From positions 14,696 through 78,695 of the forward strand of contig DAOPJR010000002.1 in NCBI GenBank assembly GCA_035399765.1: a stretch of DNA of 64,000 nt, given 5' to 3'. This DNA is from Draconibacterium sp. (GTDB taxonomy: Bacteria; Bacteroidota; Bacteroidia; Bacteroidales; Prolixibacteraceae). The translations under genes were made by a program, and so were the position numbers. The notes beneath the pieces are model-generated. The model ran no database searches and had not been told where the DNA came from. It saw nothing but the letters and a program-made list of their open reading frames with translations. Shown here one piece after another: positions 19,484-30,012 of the stretch (the first letter of the stretch is position 1; each line of letters opens with the position of its first letter).

Positions 19484-20464
19484 TTAATCTAATGATTGTC
19501 CGATGTTGGATGAAATGGCAATCATCTTGTCATATTCCTGCGGACTTAAATCCTGAAAAACGAAATATGTTGGATTTACCTTCTGTCCATTTTTATGAAC
19601 TTCGTAATGAAGGTGTGGTGCAGTTGATCCTCCTGTATTTCCCACGTAACCAATAATATCGCCACGTTTAATCTTCTGCCCCCGCTTTACATTGAATTCA
19701 TTCAGGTGCCCATAAACGGTTTCATACCCAAAACCATGATCGATTTTGATACTCATTCCCAAACCAACACGACTCCTTTTTGAACCACTTACCTCGGTTA
19801 CTTCACCATCTCCGGTAGCATAAACAGGGGTCCCGATTGGGGCGGTGAAATCTTGTCCCCAGTGCATTTTCCTAACTTTATAAATGGGGTGCATACGATA
19901 ACCCCATCCACTTGATGTTCTCTTCAGGTCCTTATTACTTACGGGCATAATTGATGGGATAGATGCCAGCATCTTTTCCTTGTTTAGCGCGAGCGCCATC
20001 ACTTCATCGTAGGATTTTGACTGGATATAGGCTTTCTTTGAAAGAATATCCAGTTTTTTTGCCGTAGAAATGATCAACTCGGAATTATTTAAATTTTCGA
20101 GATGTGAGTATTTATTAACTCCACCAAAACCAGCTTCTCGTACGGAAGAAGGAATCGGTTCTGCTTCGAAAATTACACGGTAAATATTGTCGTCACGTTG
20201 TTCCAGATCATCCAGTACCTTCCCAACTTTGTCCAGATCTTTCGACATCAATTCATATTGGGAAAGCACCTGTTGGTAATCGCGACGCAGTCGTTTTGTT
20301 TTGGGCGTTTCGTATAAATTCAGAAAAATAACTACAAAAACCAAGGCCAAAGCCAAGCTGCTTGACAGATAAGTAGCTATCTTCATCACCTTTTCTTTCC
20401 AGGTGAGACCAATGCTTTCGTAGTTTAATGTTTCCGGATTAAATTTGTACTTTTTTCTTGCCAT
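19484..20464 (-). CDS. M23 family peptidoglycan metallopeptidase
   Basis: N-terminal TM, coiled coil, HWGQD (HxxxD), STAPHLHYEV (HxH). Confidence 0.92.
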   Translation of the reverse strand: MARKKYKFNPETLNYESIGLTWKEKVMKIATYLSSSLALALVFVVIFLNLYETPKTKRLRRDYQQVLSQYELMSKDLDKVGKVLDDLEQRDDNIYRVIFEAEPIPSSVREAGFGGVNKYSHLENLNNSELIISTAKKLDILSKKAYIQSKSYDEVMALALNKEKMLASIPSIMPVSNKDLKRTSSGWGYRMHPIYKVRKMHWGQDFTAPIGTPVYATGDGEVTEVSGSKRSRVGLGMSIKIDHGFGYETVYGHLNEFNVKRGQKIKRGDIIGYVGNTGGSTAPHLHYEVHKNGQKVNPTYFVFQDLSPQEYDKMIAISSNIGQSLD

Positions 20465-20510
20465 CCAGACTCCTTTTTTTCACGTTTTCAGCAAATTCAA
20501 TTTAAAGGTT

Positions 20511-20560
20511 TAACTTTGCGTGGTTTTAAAAAAACGTGATATTTACACGCCGCAAATGTA
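20511..20560. promoter_or_regulatory. Face-to-face -7 elements for alaS (+) and the M23 gene (-)
   Basis: TAACTTTG at 20511-20518 (+) and TACATTTG at 20560-20553 (-). Confidence 0.5.
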
Positions 20561-20642
20561 AGTAATTAACTCATATATAGGGTTTTTATTTCATTTGTAT
20601 TAATTTTTTTTAACTAAAATATAAATACTGACAGACGGTAAT

Positions 20643-23264
20643 ATGAAGACTTCTAAAGAGATACGTGCAGCTTTTCTTGACTTTTTTAAGGAAAAACAAC
20701 ATCAGATCGTAAACTCGGCACCCATGGTGGTAAAGGGTGATCCAACTTTGATGTTTACCAATGCGGGTATGAATCAGTTTAAGGATTGGTTCCTGGGAAA
20801 CGAACCTGTAAAATGGAACCGTGTGGCAGACACTCAGAAATGCTTACGTGTTTCGGGGAAACATAACGACCTGGAGGAAGTAGGACTGGATACCTATCAC
20901 CATACCATGTTCGAAATGCTTGGAAACTGGTCGTTCGGCGATTATTTCAAAAAGGAAGCAATTGATTGGGCATGGGAGTTTTTAGTAACGAGAATGGGAA
21001 TTGATCAGAGTCGTCTGTATGCCACAGTTTTTGAAGGGAGTACCGATGACAACCAGGAGCGTGATAATGAAGCGGCCGGTTACTGGGAGCAATATCTTCC
21101 ACTTGAGCGGATTTTGAATGGAAACAAAAAAGACAACTTCTGGGAAATGGGAGACACTGGACCGTGTGGTCCGTGTTCAGAGATTCACGTAGATATTCGT
21201 CCTCAGGCTGAAGTTGATAAAATTCCGGGACGGGAATTGGTGAATAAAGATCATCCACAAGTTATTGAAATATGGAATCTGGTATTTATCCAGTTCAACA
21301 GAAAAGCAAACGGAGTTTTGGAAGAACTGCCAGACAAACATGTGGATACCGGAATGGGATTCGAACGCTTGTGCATGGTTTTGCAGGGTAAAACCTCGAA
21401 TTACGACACCGATGTTTTCCAAAGTACTATCAGTGAGATTGGTAAACTGGCTAATAAAAAATACGGAGACAACGAAAAGGCAGACATTGCCATGCGTGTG
21501 ATCGCCGATCACCTTCGCGCCGTGGCTTTTGCCATTGCCGAAGGACAACTTCCTTCAAATAACAAAGCAGGTTATGTAATCCGACGGATTCTGCGACGTG
21601 CAGTTCGCTATGGTTATACTTTCCTCGAATTCAAAGAAGCAACTATCTTCCGTTTAATTGAGGTACTTAAAAATACAATGGGTGAGGCTTTTCCTGAATT
21701 GGTTAGTCAGCAGGTGTTGGTTGAAAAGGTAATTAAGGAAGAAGAAGAATCATTCCTTCGCACACTTTCAACGGGTATTAAACTACTTGACGAGTTGATA
21801 ATCAAAGCCAAAGCTGACGGCTTGAAAGAAATTGCGGGCAAGGATGCATTTGTGTTGTATGATACATATGGATTTCCGCTCGACCTGACCGAGTTAATCA
21901 CTCGTGAAAATGGATTAGGAGTGGATAACAGTGGCTTTGCCGTTGAAATGGAAGCCCAGAAAAACCGTTCACGAAATGCTGCTGCCCAGGAAACCGACGA
22001 TTGGGTGGAACTTCGTAAAATTGAAAAGACCGAATTTATTGGCTACGACCGTTTGGAAGCCGAAATTCGTATAGCACGTTACCGCAAAGTAACTCAGAAG
22101 AAAAAAGTATTTTACCAATTGGTTTTTGACCAGACTCCATTTTATGGTGAGTCAGGTGGTCAGGTTGGAGATACCGGAACCATTGAATTTGATGGTGTGA
22201 AAACACGCATCTTCGATACACAAAAAGAAAACAACCTGATTGTTCATCTTGTTGAGAAACTTCCTGAAAATCCTGGAGAATTCTTTTGGGCTGTTGTTGA
22301 TGGGAAACGCCGTATCAGCATTGCTAACAACCACACTGCGACCCATCTCTTACACGCCGCACTCAGAGAAGTACTTGGCAAACATGTGGAACAAAAAGGT
22401 TCGTTGGTGAATGCCGACCACCTGCGTTTCGATTTTTCCCATTTTCAGAAAATGACTGATGAAGAGATTGAAAAAGTGGAGTTGTTGGTTAATCAGAAAA
22501 TAAGAGAAAACTCAGTGCGGGAAGAAAACCGTGAAACACCGATTTCAGAAGCAAAAGCTGCCGGAGCAATGATGTTGTTCGGTGAAAAATATGGTGAGGC
22601 AGTACGCACCATCAAATTTGGCGAATCACTCGAACTTTGCGGAGGAACACATGTGGACTCTACCGGCCAGATTGGGATATTAAAAATTGTGTCGGAAAGC
22701 GCTATTGCTGCTGGAGTGCGCAGAATAGAAGCCATTACTGCCGACCATGCTGAGAAATACATTAACGAGCAACTCAATATTCTTAAAAACATTCAGGAAG
22801 TTATCAAGGGATCGAAAGATGTTCTGGGTACTGTAACCTCAATTCTTCAGCAAAATTCAGAGCTCTCGAAACAGATCGAGAATTTTCAGCGCGAGAATAT
22901 GAAAATTGCAAAGGCAAACCTGAAAAGTAAAGTTTTGCAAGAGCGTGGAGTAAATATCATCGCGCAAAAAATAGCTCTCGATAATAGTGGATTAATCAAG
23001 GATCTGGCTTTCCAGCTAAAAGGTGAAGTTGACAATCTCTTCCTGGTTTTAGGTGCAGAAATTGGAGGAAAACCAAACCTGACGGTGATGATTTCAGAAA
23101 ATATCGTGGAGGAAAAAGGATTGAACGCCGGACAAATTGTTCGTGAAGCCGGAAAAGAAATACAAGGCGGTGGAGGTGGGCAGGCATTTTATGCCACTGC
23201 CGGTGGAAAAAATGTTGATGGACTCGATGCTGCCATCGAAAAAGCACTTTCGTTTTTACAATAG
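20643..23264 (+). CDS. alaS: Alanine--tRNA ligase
   Basis: [64 protein letters not shown]-Ala domain. Confidence 0.98.
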   Translation: MKTSKEIRAAFLDFFKEKQHQIVNSAPMVVKGDPTLMFTNAGMNQFKDWFLGNEPVKWNRVADTQKCLRVSGKHNDLEEVGLDTYHHTMFEMLGNWSFGDYFKKEAIDWAWEFLVTRMGIDQSRLYATVFEGSTDDNQERDNEAAGYWEQYLPLERILNGNKKDNFWEMGDTGPCGPCSEIHVDIRPQAEVDKIPGRELVNKDHPQVIEIWNLVFIQFNRKANGVLEELPDKHVDTGMGFERLCMVLQGKTSNYDTDVFQSTISEIGKLANKKYGDNEKADIAMRVIADHLRAVAFAIAEGQLPSNNKAGYVIRRILRRAVRYGYTFLEFKEATIFRLIEVLKNTMGEAFPELVSQQVLVEKVIKEEEESFLRTLSTGIKLLDELIIKAKADGLKEIAGKDAFVLYDTYGFPLDLTELITRENGLGVDNSGFAVEMEAQKNRSRNAAAQETDDWVELRKIEKTEFIGYDRLEAEIRIARYRKVTQKKKVFYQLVFDQTPFYGESGGQVGDTGTIEFDGVKTRIFDTQKENNLIVHLVEKLPENPGEFFWAVVDGKRRISIANNHTATHLLHAALREVLGKHVEQKGSLVNADHLRFDFSHFQKMTDEEIEKVELLVNQKIRENSVREENRETPISEAKAAGAMMLFGEKYGEAVRTIKFGESLELCGGTHVDSTGQIGILKIVSESAIAAGVRRIEAITADHAEKYINEQLNILKNIQEVIKGSKDVLGTVTSILQQNSELSKQIENFQRENMKIAKANLKSKVLQERGVNIIAQKIALDNSGLIKDLAFQLKGEVDNLFLVLGAEIGGKPNLTVMISENIVEEKGLNAGQIVREAGKEIQGGGGGQAFYATAGGKNVDGLDAAIEKALSFLQ

Positions 23265-23283
23265 TAAATTGAACACATAATTG

Positions 23284-23319
23284 AAAGAACCGTTTCTGAA
23301 TAGAGGCGGTTCTTTTTTT
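23284..23319 (+). terminator. Intrinsic terminator of alaS
   Basis: AAAGAACCGTTTCT-gaat-AGAGGCGGTTCTTTTTTT. Confidence 0.75.
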
Positions 23320-23494
23320 GTAAAAAATACTTTCTTGTCGCTTTTACCGTTCTTTCTTTGATTTAATCTAAATAAGAGGTATTTTCAGCCACGATTTGAA
23401 TGAACAAAGACCGGGAACATTCCGTTATGGGTTTCAATTCTCCCCTTAATGGGAGAGAGGTGGTCTCCTAAATCAATATAAATTATCTGGTAAG

Positions 23495-26400
23495 ATGAAA
23501 AAAATCTATGCGTTTATAACTTCCCTGCCATTTATGGCTTTTATTTTTTTAGCGCTGGCATTTTCCATGGCAATTGCCACTTTTGTTGAAAGTAGTTATG
23601 GGACGCCAACTGCGAGAGCTTTAATATACAATACACGCTGGTTTGAGCTTTTGTGGGGATTATTTGCGCTTAACCTGATCAATAACCTTTTTCGTTACCG
23701 GTTTTTTACAGCCCGAAGATTTACCCTTGGCATATTTCACATTTCTTTTTTAGTTATGATACTCGGAGCTGCCATTACCCGGTATTTTAGTTTCGAAGGG
23801 ATGATGCACATTCGTGAGAACCAAAGCTCGAATTTCATCTTATCGACTGATGACTATTTTTATGCTTCATTTGGTGATCAGCAAAAAGAAAAGAAAGTTC
23901 GATTCTCGGAACTGACTCCACGACAGTTTTCAGCAGAGTTCGATGTGAACGGAATGAAAGTTAAAGTTAAAACCGTTGGTTTTATCGAGAATGCCGAACG
24001 AAAAGCTGTTCCTTCCGATTCTGGGAAACCGATTATTGATTTTGTATTTGCAGTCCCGGGCGGACAAGGCATGCAATCTTTTACTTTCCAACAGGGAGAT
24101 GTACTCGATCATCCCGGATTTACAGCTGGGTTTGATGTGCCACAGGAGCACATGATTAATTTTTTCCAGCAGAACGGTCAGTTGTATATGATTTCTTTTA
24201 TGCCTTTGGAAGAGACAACCATGGCAACCCAGGAGACTGTAACATTGGCTGCCGGCGACACAATCCCAGTTAAACCTATGTTTTTATATGGATTTGGTGA
24301 TTATCGTTTCCTGATTCGTAATTATTTCCCGAGCGCAAGTTTCAGTGCGGTTAAAAGCCAGAATGAAACCAATGAAGATGTCGTATTTGTTGAAATTTCA
24401 GATGGAATTAACCAGCAAACAGTTTCTGTGTTTGGACATTCGGCAACCATTCCTGACACAGTGAAAGTTCCACTGGGGAATGGCATTTTGAAACTGGCTT
24501 ATGGTTCAATGCCGGTGGCTCTGCCATTTAGTATTTATTTGCGCGATTTTCAGCTCGATCGTTACCCGGGATCGCAATCTCCTTCCTCTTTTGCTTCTGA
24601 AGTAGTATTAACTGACCCGGGAGAAAACCTTACAGAGAATATTCGGATTTTTATGAATAATACACTTACCCATCGTGGCTACAAGTTTTTCCAGTCGTCA
24701 TATGACATGGATGAAAAAGGTACAATCCTCTCTGTGAATCATGATTTTTGGGGAACATGGATTTCTTATCTGGGATATTTCCTGCTCTTAGTCGGTATTG
24801 TTACATCACTCAGTAACAAGCATTCATATTTTCAATTCCTGGCGCAGAAATTAAAAAACAATTCTGTTAAAATATTGCTGCTTTTGGCATTGCTTAGTGG
24901 AAGTGTTTTTGGTGTAAAGGCGCAGGGGAACATGTCTGCTATGATTCCTCCCATCGACCAGAATATTGTGGATGAATTCGGTAAAGTGTGGGTACAGGGA
25001 GTTGATGGCAGAATTGAACCCATTTCAACCCTCACCAGCGAGATTGTTCGAAAATTGACGCACAAATCGACTGTTTACGGTAAGTCTCCGGATGAAGTGG
25101 TCCTGAGTATGATGACTCATCCCGAGATTTGGCGAACCATGCCAATGGTGTTGGTAGGAGAGAAGATGCTGGCTCAGCAATTGGGCGTACAGGGGAAATA
25201 CATTGCCGTAGAATCTTTATTCGATGCACAAGGCAACTATTTGATTCTTGAACAGGTACGTGCGGCTTACGCCAAAGCGCCCGCTTTCAGAAATAAATTA
25301 GAAAAAGAATACATCAATCTGGATGAACGCGTTAATATTTCTTTTATGGTTTTTCAGGGGTCGATGTTTAATGTTTTTCCAAGAGCAAAAACAGAAGACT
25401 CGTGGTATGCTCCGGGAGCTACAGCATTTGAATATACTGGTGGAGACTCCATTTTTGTGAAAAGCGGGTTCCAGCTGTTTTTACAATCAATTCTTGATAA
25501 CAACCCGGCAGATGCCATTCAAATATTACAGGCACTGGAGAACTTCCAGGTGAAATACGGTGGAAATCTGATTCCCGGAGAAACCATGCGAAACATTGAA
25601 ATTCTGTACAATAAGGTGAATCCGTTTAAACGGATTTTCCCATATTACCTGATGTTTGGTTTCTTGTTGCTGGTAGTGTTGCTCATTAATATTTTCAGGC
25701 TGAAACCTTTGCCCAACTTTATAAAATATGGATTTTTAGGTGTCATCGTTATTTTATTTTTAGTTCATACTTTTGGTCTTGTACTGCGCTGGTACATTTC
25801 GGGGCATGCCCCCTGGAGTAACGGATACGAATCAGTTGTTTATGTGGCATGGGCAGCTATGTTAGCCGGTCTCATCTTTGGGCGGAAGTATCCTTTAGTG
25901 GTAGGAACTGCAGCTTTCCTTTCAGGAATTGCGCTATTTGTGGCACATCTGAGTTGGATGAATCCCGAAGTGACGAACCTAGTTCCCGTTTTGAAATCAT
26001 ACTGGTTAACCATTCATGTTGCAATTATTACAGCGAGTTACGGTTTCCTTGGTTTGAGTACCTTCCTTGGTGTTCTTACGATGATACTTTTTGTAATGCG
26101 GAATCAACATAACTCAACCCGGGTAAGCGGTTTTATTGAACAACTTACCACCATCAATGAAATGTCGGCAACTGTTGGCTTATACGCTCTAACTTTTGGA
26201 ACTTTCCTGGGCGGAGTTTGGGCCAACGAAAGCTGGGGCCGTTACTGGGGCTGGGATCCCAAAGAAACCTGGGCACTTATTACGGTTGTAATTTATTCTT
26301 TCATTGTTCACATGCGTTTGATTCCTCCTCTGAAAGGAGTGTTTAATTACAACCTGGCATCTATTCTTGGTTTTGCCTCGGTAATGATGACTTATTTTGG

Positions 26401-26557
26401 AGTGAACTATTATCTGGCAGGTTTGCATTCATACGGGAAAGGTGTGGCTGATGGAGTGAACCCGGCTGTGCCAGGTAGTTTTGCTTTATTGGCAGCATTA
26501 ATTATCTGGGCGTATATCAAAGATTCGAAACACCAAAAGGCAAATCAGAAAGAATAA
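23495..26557 (+). CDS. ccsA: Fused system II cytochrome c synthase (ResB + CcsA, CcsBA)
   Basis: ResB-like N-terminus (FHISF, GYKFFQSS), GHAPWSNGYES, WLTIHV, WWD domain WANESWGRYWGWDPKETW, GLHSY. Confidence 0.92.
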   Translation: MKKIYAFITSLPFMAFIFLALAFSMAIATFVESSYGTPTARALIYNTRWFELLWGLFALNLINNLFRYRFFTARRFTLGIFHISFLVMILGAAITRYFSFEGMMHIRENQSSNFILSTDDYFYASFGDQQKEKKVRFSELTPRQFSAEFDVNGMKVKVKTVGFIENAERKAVPSDSGKPIIDFVFAVPGGQGMQSFTFQQGDVLDHPGFTAGFDVPQEHMINFFQQNGQLYMISFMPLEETTMATQETVTLAAGDTIPVKPMFLYGFGDYRFLIRNYFPSASFSAVKSQNETNEDVVFVEISDGINQQTVSVFGHSATIPDTVKVPLGNGILKLAYGSMPVALPFSIYLRDFQLDRYPGSQSPSSFASEVVLTDPGENLTENIRIFMNNTLTHRGYKFFQSSYDMDEKGTILSVNHDFWGTWISYLGYFLLLVGIVTSLSNKHSYFQFLAQKLKNNSVKILLLLALLSGSVFGVKAQGNMSAMIPPIDQNIVDEFGKVWVQGVDGRIEPISTLTSEIVRKLTHKSTVYGKSPDEVVLSMMTHPEIWRTMPMVLVGEKMLAQQLGVQGKYIAVESLFDAQGNYLILEQVRAAYAKAPAFRNKLEKEYINLDERVNISFMVFQGSMFNVFPRAKTEDSWYAPGATAFEYTGGDSIFVKSGFQLFLQSILDNNPADAIQILQALENFQVKYGGNLIPGETMRNIEILYNKVNPFKRIFPYYLMFGFLLLVVLLINIFRLKPLPNFIKYGFLGVIVILFLVHTFGLVLRWYISGHAPWSNGYESVVYVAWAAMLAGLIFGRKYPLVVGTAAFLSGIALFVAHLSWMNPEVTNLVPVLKSYWLTIHVAIITASYGFLGLSTFLGVLTMILFVMRNQHNSTRVSGFIEQLTTINEMSATVGLYALTFGTFLGGVWANESWGRYWGWDPKETWALITVVIYSFIVHMRLIPPLKGVFNYNLASILGFASVMMTYFGVNYYLAGLHSYGKGVADGVNPAVPGSFALLAALIIWAYIKDSKHQKANQKE

Positions 26558-26802
26558 AATGAATGATCAGGATTGAAAAATGCAGGATAATTTATTTCCT
26601 GACATTTTTACTGAATATTATACTGTTTTTTCTTTTGTTCTTCTTAAATTTATTTCGTTTCAAATACTTATGGACAGTTTATTTGAATCGACTTATTGAA
26701 TATTATTATAGTTGAGTCTCTTACGGTGTTAAATGACTTAATTCAACCATTAAAGAATAAACCCCATGATTACAGATTTTAACTTTATCAAGCTTGGCGA
26801 TC

Positions 26803-27117
26803 ATGGCAATTATTCATTTAATCAACAACCTAAAAAGAGAGTATTTATATAAACAGGTTTTTCGACTTCATACCGAACAACAGAAGGAAACAATTTCAGA
26901 GTCTGTACTTGAAAAATATTACCTGAAGTGGCGGAGAGAGAACAAGGTTCCGTATTGGTGCGATAACCACAGATGTTTATTACATAAAAAAAATCCGAAA
27001 TGGAATGGGAAAAAAATTATACTGGAGATTGACCATATTGATTCAGTAAATAACAACTGGAGACTTAAAAATTTACGCCTACTCTGTCCTAACTGCTGCA
27101 GTCAACTAAAAATATAA
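26803..27117 (+). CDS. Small HNH endonuclease-like protein
   Basis: WCDNHRC Zn knuckle, LEIDHIDSVNNNWRLKNLRLLCPNC motif; AT-rich. Confidence 0.65.
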   Translation: MAIIHLINNLKREYLYKQVFRLHTEQQKETISESVLEKYYLKWRRENKVPYWCDNHRCLLHKKNPKWNGKKIILEIDHIDSVNNNWRLKNLRLLCPNCCSQLKI

Positions 27118-27407
27118 TCTGAAAACAAGCGAATGTATTCAAAACATTATAATCTTTCGAACATCTTTTTTTACAATTCGAATATTCGTTTTTTTTGACT
27201 ACTTATTAAAGTGAAGAGACGAACTGTTTTTAATCATTTTGTAATAAACTGTTTTTCAGTTTGTTTTGCATTGTTTTTTCTAAATTAGAAACAATCCAAT
27301 AATTTAGATTGTATAAAAATAAGATTCGTTGAGTAAACCCATTAATTGTTTGTTAATCAGCACCCAAACAAAACTGTTATCTTACGCCGTTTTTTAATTT
27401 CTTTTAC

Positions 27408-29204
27408 ATGGAACAGACAGTTACCCGGACTTTTGATATTCTCGAACGCGCAATCAATGAGTTTCCAAGAAAAGACGCCCTCGGTGGTAAAAAAGGCGGC
27501 AAGTGGTACACGTATTCTTCTGAAGAATACCATATTAAATCACATCAGTTTGCGATGGGTTTGCTGGCCCTGGGTTTTCAAAAAGGCGACAAGATAGCCA
27601 CAGTGACCACTAACCGGCCGGAATGGAACTTTGCAGACATGGGAATGTCGATGACAGGAGTGGTACATGTTCCTATTTATCCAACCTTGGGTGAAGACGA
27701 GTACCGTTATATTCTGAAGCACGCTGAAGTTAAAATGTTGCTGGTTGGCGATGCCAAACTCTACGAAAGTATGTTGCCACTAGCCAATCTTCTCGAAATA
27801 ATGGTTTACACCTTCGAAGAGGTGAAAGGCGCCAAAAATTACCAGGAAATCCTGGATTTAGGTGAATCAGAAAAGAAAGACTGGGAAAAGAAGCTGGAGG
27901 AATTGAAAGCTACTATTACTCCGGATGATTTGGCAACACTAATCTACACTTCAGGAACGACAGGAGTTCCCAAAGGAGTTATGCTAACCCAGGAAAATCT
28001 GGTGTCGAATTTTGTGGCACACTCAAAAATGCATAATCTCGGGAAAGACCACCATGTGATCAGTTTCTTACCATTGTGTCATGTATACGAACGCAGCGTG
28101 AACTATCATTTCCAATACAAGGGAATGGGAGTTTACTATGTCGGGAACCTGTCGCAGATTGTAAGCGCCATTAAAGACATTAAGCCACACATGTTTAATT
28201 CTGTTCCCCGTTTGCTCGAAAAAGTGTACGATGGTTTTGTTGCAAAAGGAAAGGAGCTTTCAGGAATTAAAAAAGCCTTGTACTTCTGGGCATTGAATCT
28301 GACCCAACATTTTGAATACAATAAAAAATATAGTCCGTTAATGAAAATTAAAATAAAAATTGCGGACAAACTCATTTATTCAAAATGGAGGGAAGCATTG
28401 GGTGGAAATATTGTGTACATTGTTTCGGGAGGAGCTGCGTTACAACCTCGTATTGCGCGTGTGCTTGGAATGGCGGGTATGTTTAATCTGGAGGGTTACG
28501 GGTTGACAGAAACATCGCCGGTAATTGCGGTTAACAGTCCTGCTTCAACCGAAATGATGATTGGAACGGTTGGTCCTGTTTTGGAAGGCGTTGAAGTTAA
28601 AATTGCTTCGGATGGCGAGATTCTTTGTAAAGGTCCGGGTGTAATGAAGGGCTATTACAAAGCTCCGGAATTGACCGATGAGGTGATCGATGAAAACGGA
28701 TGGTTCCATACCGGTGATATCGGAACGCTGGTTGATGACAAATATTTAAAGATTACCGACCGTAAAAAAGAAATCTTCAAACTATCGGGGGGAAAATATA
28801 TTGCGCCGCAAATGATCGAAAACAAACTGAAGATGTCGAACATGATCGAACAGGTAATGGTAATTGGCGCGAACGAAAAATTTGCAAGCGCACTGATTTC
28901 TCCGAATTTCCCGTTTTTACACGACTGGGCTGCAGAACACAAGCTGCACTATGAAGACAATAAGGCACTCATTCAGTTACCCGAGGTAAGCTCACTTATT
29001 CAAAAAGAAGTAGCTCAGATCAATAAAACCCTGGGTAGTCATGAACAGATAAACCGGATTCGCCTGGTGTGTGAAGAATGGAGTCCGGCTTCGGGTGAAC
29101 TTTCCCCAACATTAAAGCTAAGAAGAAACATGGTGGCGGTAAAATACCAACACCTGATCGACGATATTTATTCGGTTAGCAAACAAAACGAAGTGGCTTT
29201 TTAA
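27408..29204 (+). CDS. Long-chain fatty acid--CoA ligase (FadD15-like)
   Basis: LIYTSGTTGVPKGVML, EGYGLTETSP, GWFHTGDIG, ITDRKKEIFKLSGGKYIAPQ, LSPTLKLRR. Confidence 0.92.
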   Translation: MEQTVTRTFDILERAINEFPRKDALGGKKGGKWYTYSSEEYHIKSHQFAMGLLALGFQKGDKIATVTTNRPEWNFADMGMSMTGVVHVPIYPTLGEDEYRYILKHAEVKMLLVGDAKLYESMLPLANLLEIMVYTFEEVKGAKNYQEILDLGESEKKDWEKKLEELKATITPDDLATLIYTSGTTGVPKGVMLTQENLVSNFVAHSKMHNLGKDHHVISFLPLCHVYERSVNYHFQYKGMGVYYVGNLSQIVSAIKDIKPHMFNSVPRLLEKVYDGFVAKGKELSGIKKALYFWALNLTQHFEYNKKYSPLMKIKIKIADKLIYSKWREALGGNIVYIVSGGAALQPRIARVLGMAGMFNLEGYGLTETSPVIAVNSPASTEMMIGTVGPVLEGVEVKIASDGEILCKGPGVMKGYYKAPELTDEVIDENGWFHTGDIGTLVDDKYLKITDRKKEIFKLSGGKYIAPQMIENKLKMSNMIEQVMVIGANEKFASALISPNFPFLHDWAAEHKLHYEDNKALIQLPEVSSLIQKEVAQINKTLGSHEQINRIRLVCEEWSPASGELSPTLKLRRNMVAVKYQHLIDDIYSVSKQNEVAF

Positions 29205-29240
29205 CAAGCGCGCGTTGCGCTATCTGAACCAAACTTAGCC

Positions 29241-29272
29241 AAGGCTGCAGGTTTCACTCCTGCAGCTTTTTT
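29241..29272 (+). terminator. Intrinsic (possibly bidirectional) terminator
   Basis: GCTGCAGG-tttcact-CCTGCAGC followed by T6, between convergent genes. Confidence 0.75.
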
Positions 29273-29274
29273 GT

Positions 29275-29715
29275 TTAAAAGAGTGCCCGGTCCCAGGGAA
29301 TTGCAGCAAGAATGACAATCAGTGAGATGGAATAAAAAATGGCAGCACTGCGATGACGTTTCCATCCAGCCACATCTTTTTTTGTTTTGCTACGTCCGAT
29401 ATGAACCAAAACAAGAGCAATCAGCATCATAAGAATGTGTTCAACTGCATAGAAACGAAGGTCAGCATTTTTCATTGCAGCCCCAAAATCTTTAAATGCA
29501 AGTTTTGTAATCGGGCTTAAGAAAGCATACAAAATCAAACCAATCAGAAATTGCAAGTCCATGAATATCATTAAAAATAAGCCTGCTTTACTGTCTAAAC
29601 TTTTCCATTCTTTCTTTCTAGTCCAACCATAAAATCCCAGAATTATAGCCAGGAGAAGGCTTACTAAAACCAACCAGCGTAATCCGCTGTGTGCATGTAA
29701 TAGTCCGTTATACAT
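29275..29715 (-). CDS. Four-TM membrane protein with conserved His (cytochrome b-like hypothetical family)
   Basis: LHAHSGLRW, DLQFLIGL, FYAVEH, LVHIG, IPW; four hydrophobic segments. Confidence 0.65.
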   Translation of the reverse strand: MYNGLLHAHSGLRWLVLVSLLLAIILGFYGWTRKKEWKSLDSKAGLFLMIFMDLQFLIGLILYAFLSPITKLAFKDFGAAMKNADLRFYAVEHILMMLIALVLVHIGRSKTKKDVAGWKRHRSAAIFYSISLIVILAAIPWDRALF

Positions 29716-30012
29716 ATTATTAATTTTCTAATTTTTAACTCTCAAATGAAACACCTGAAACAGAAATTGGTTGATTTTTTTTGCTTGAAAGTTCAAACTT
29801 TTCGGTTTTGTCGCACAAGTATTTTCCCTGCTTCAGGTTTGTTAACCAGTTAATCACATTTTTTGCGAGCATATTTTTGAGGATTGTATGCATGTTTTAT
29901 TGTATGATTTGACACATGAATTAAAAGTGGCACGGCAATCTTTTTTTTGATTGGCCGTTAAAAAGGCAACTACAACCTGGACAGTATAAAAATCGTTTAA
30001 ATAAAGTCAGTG

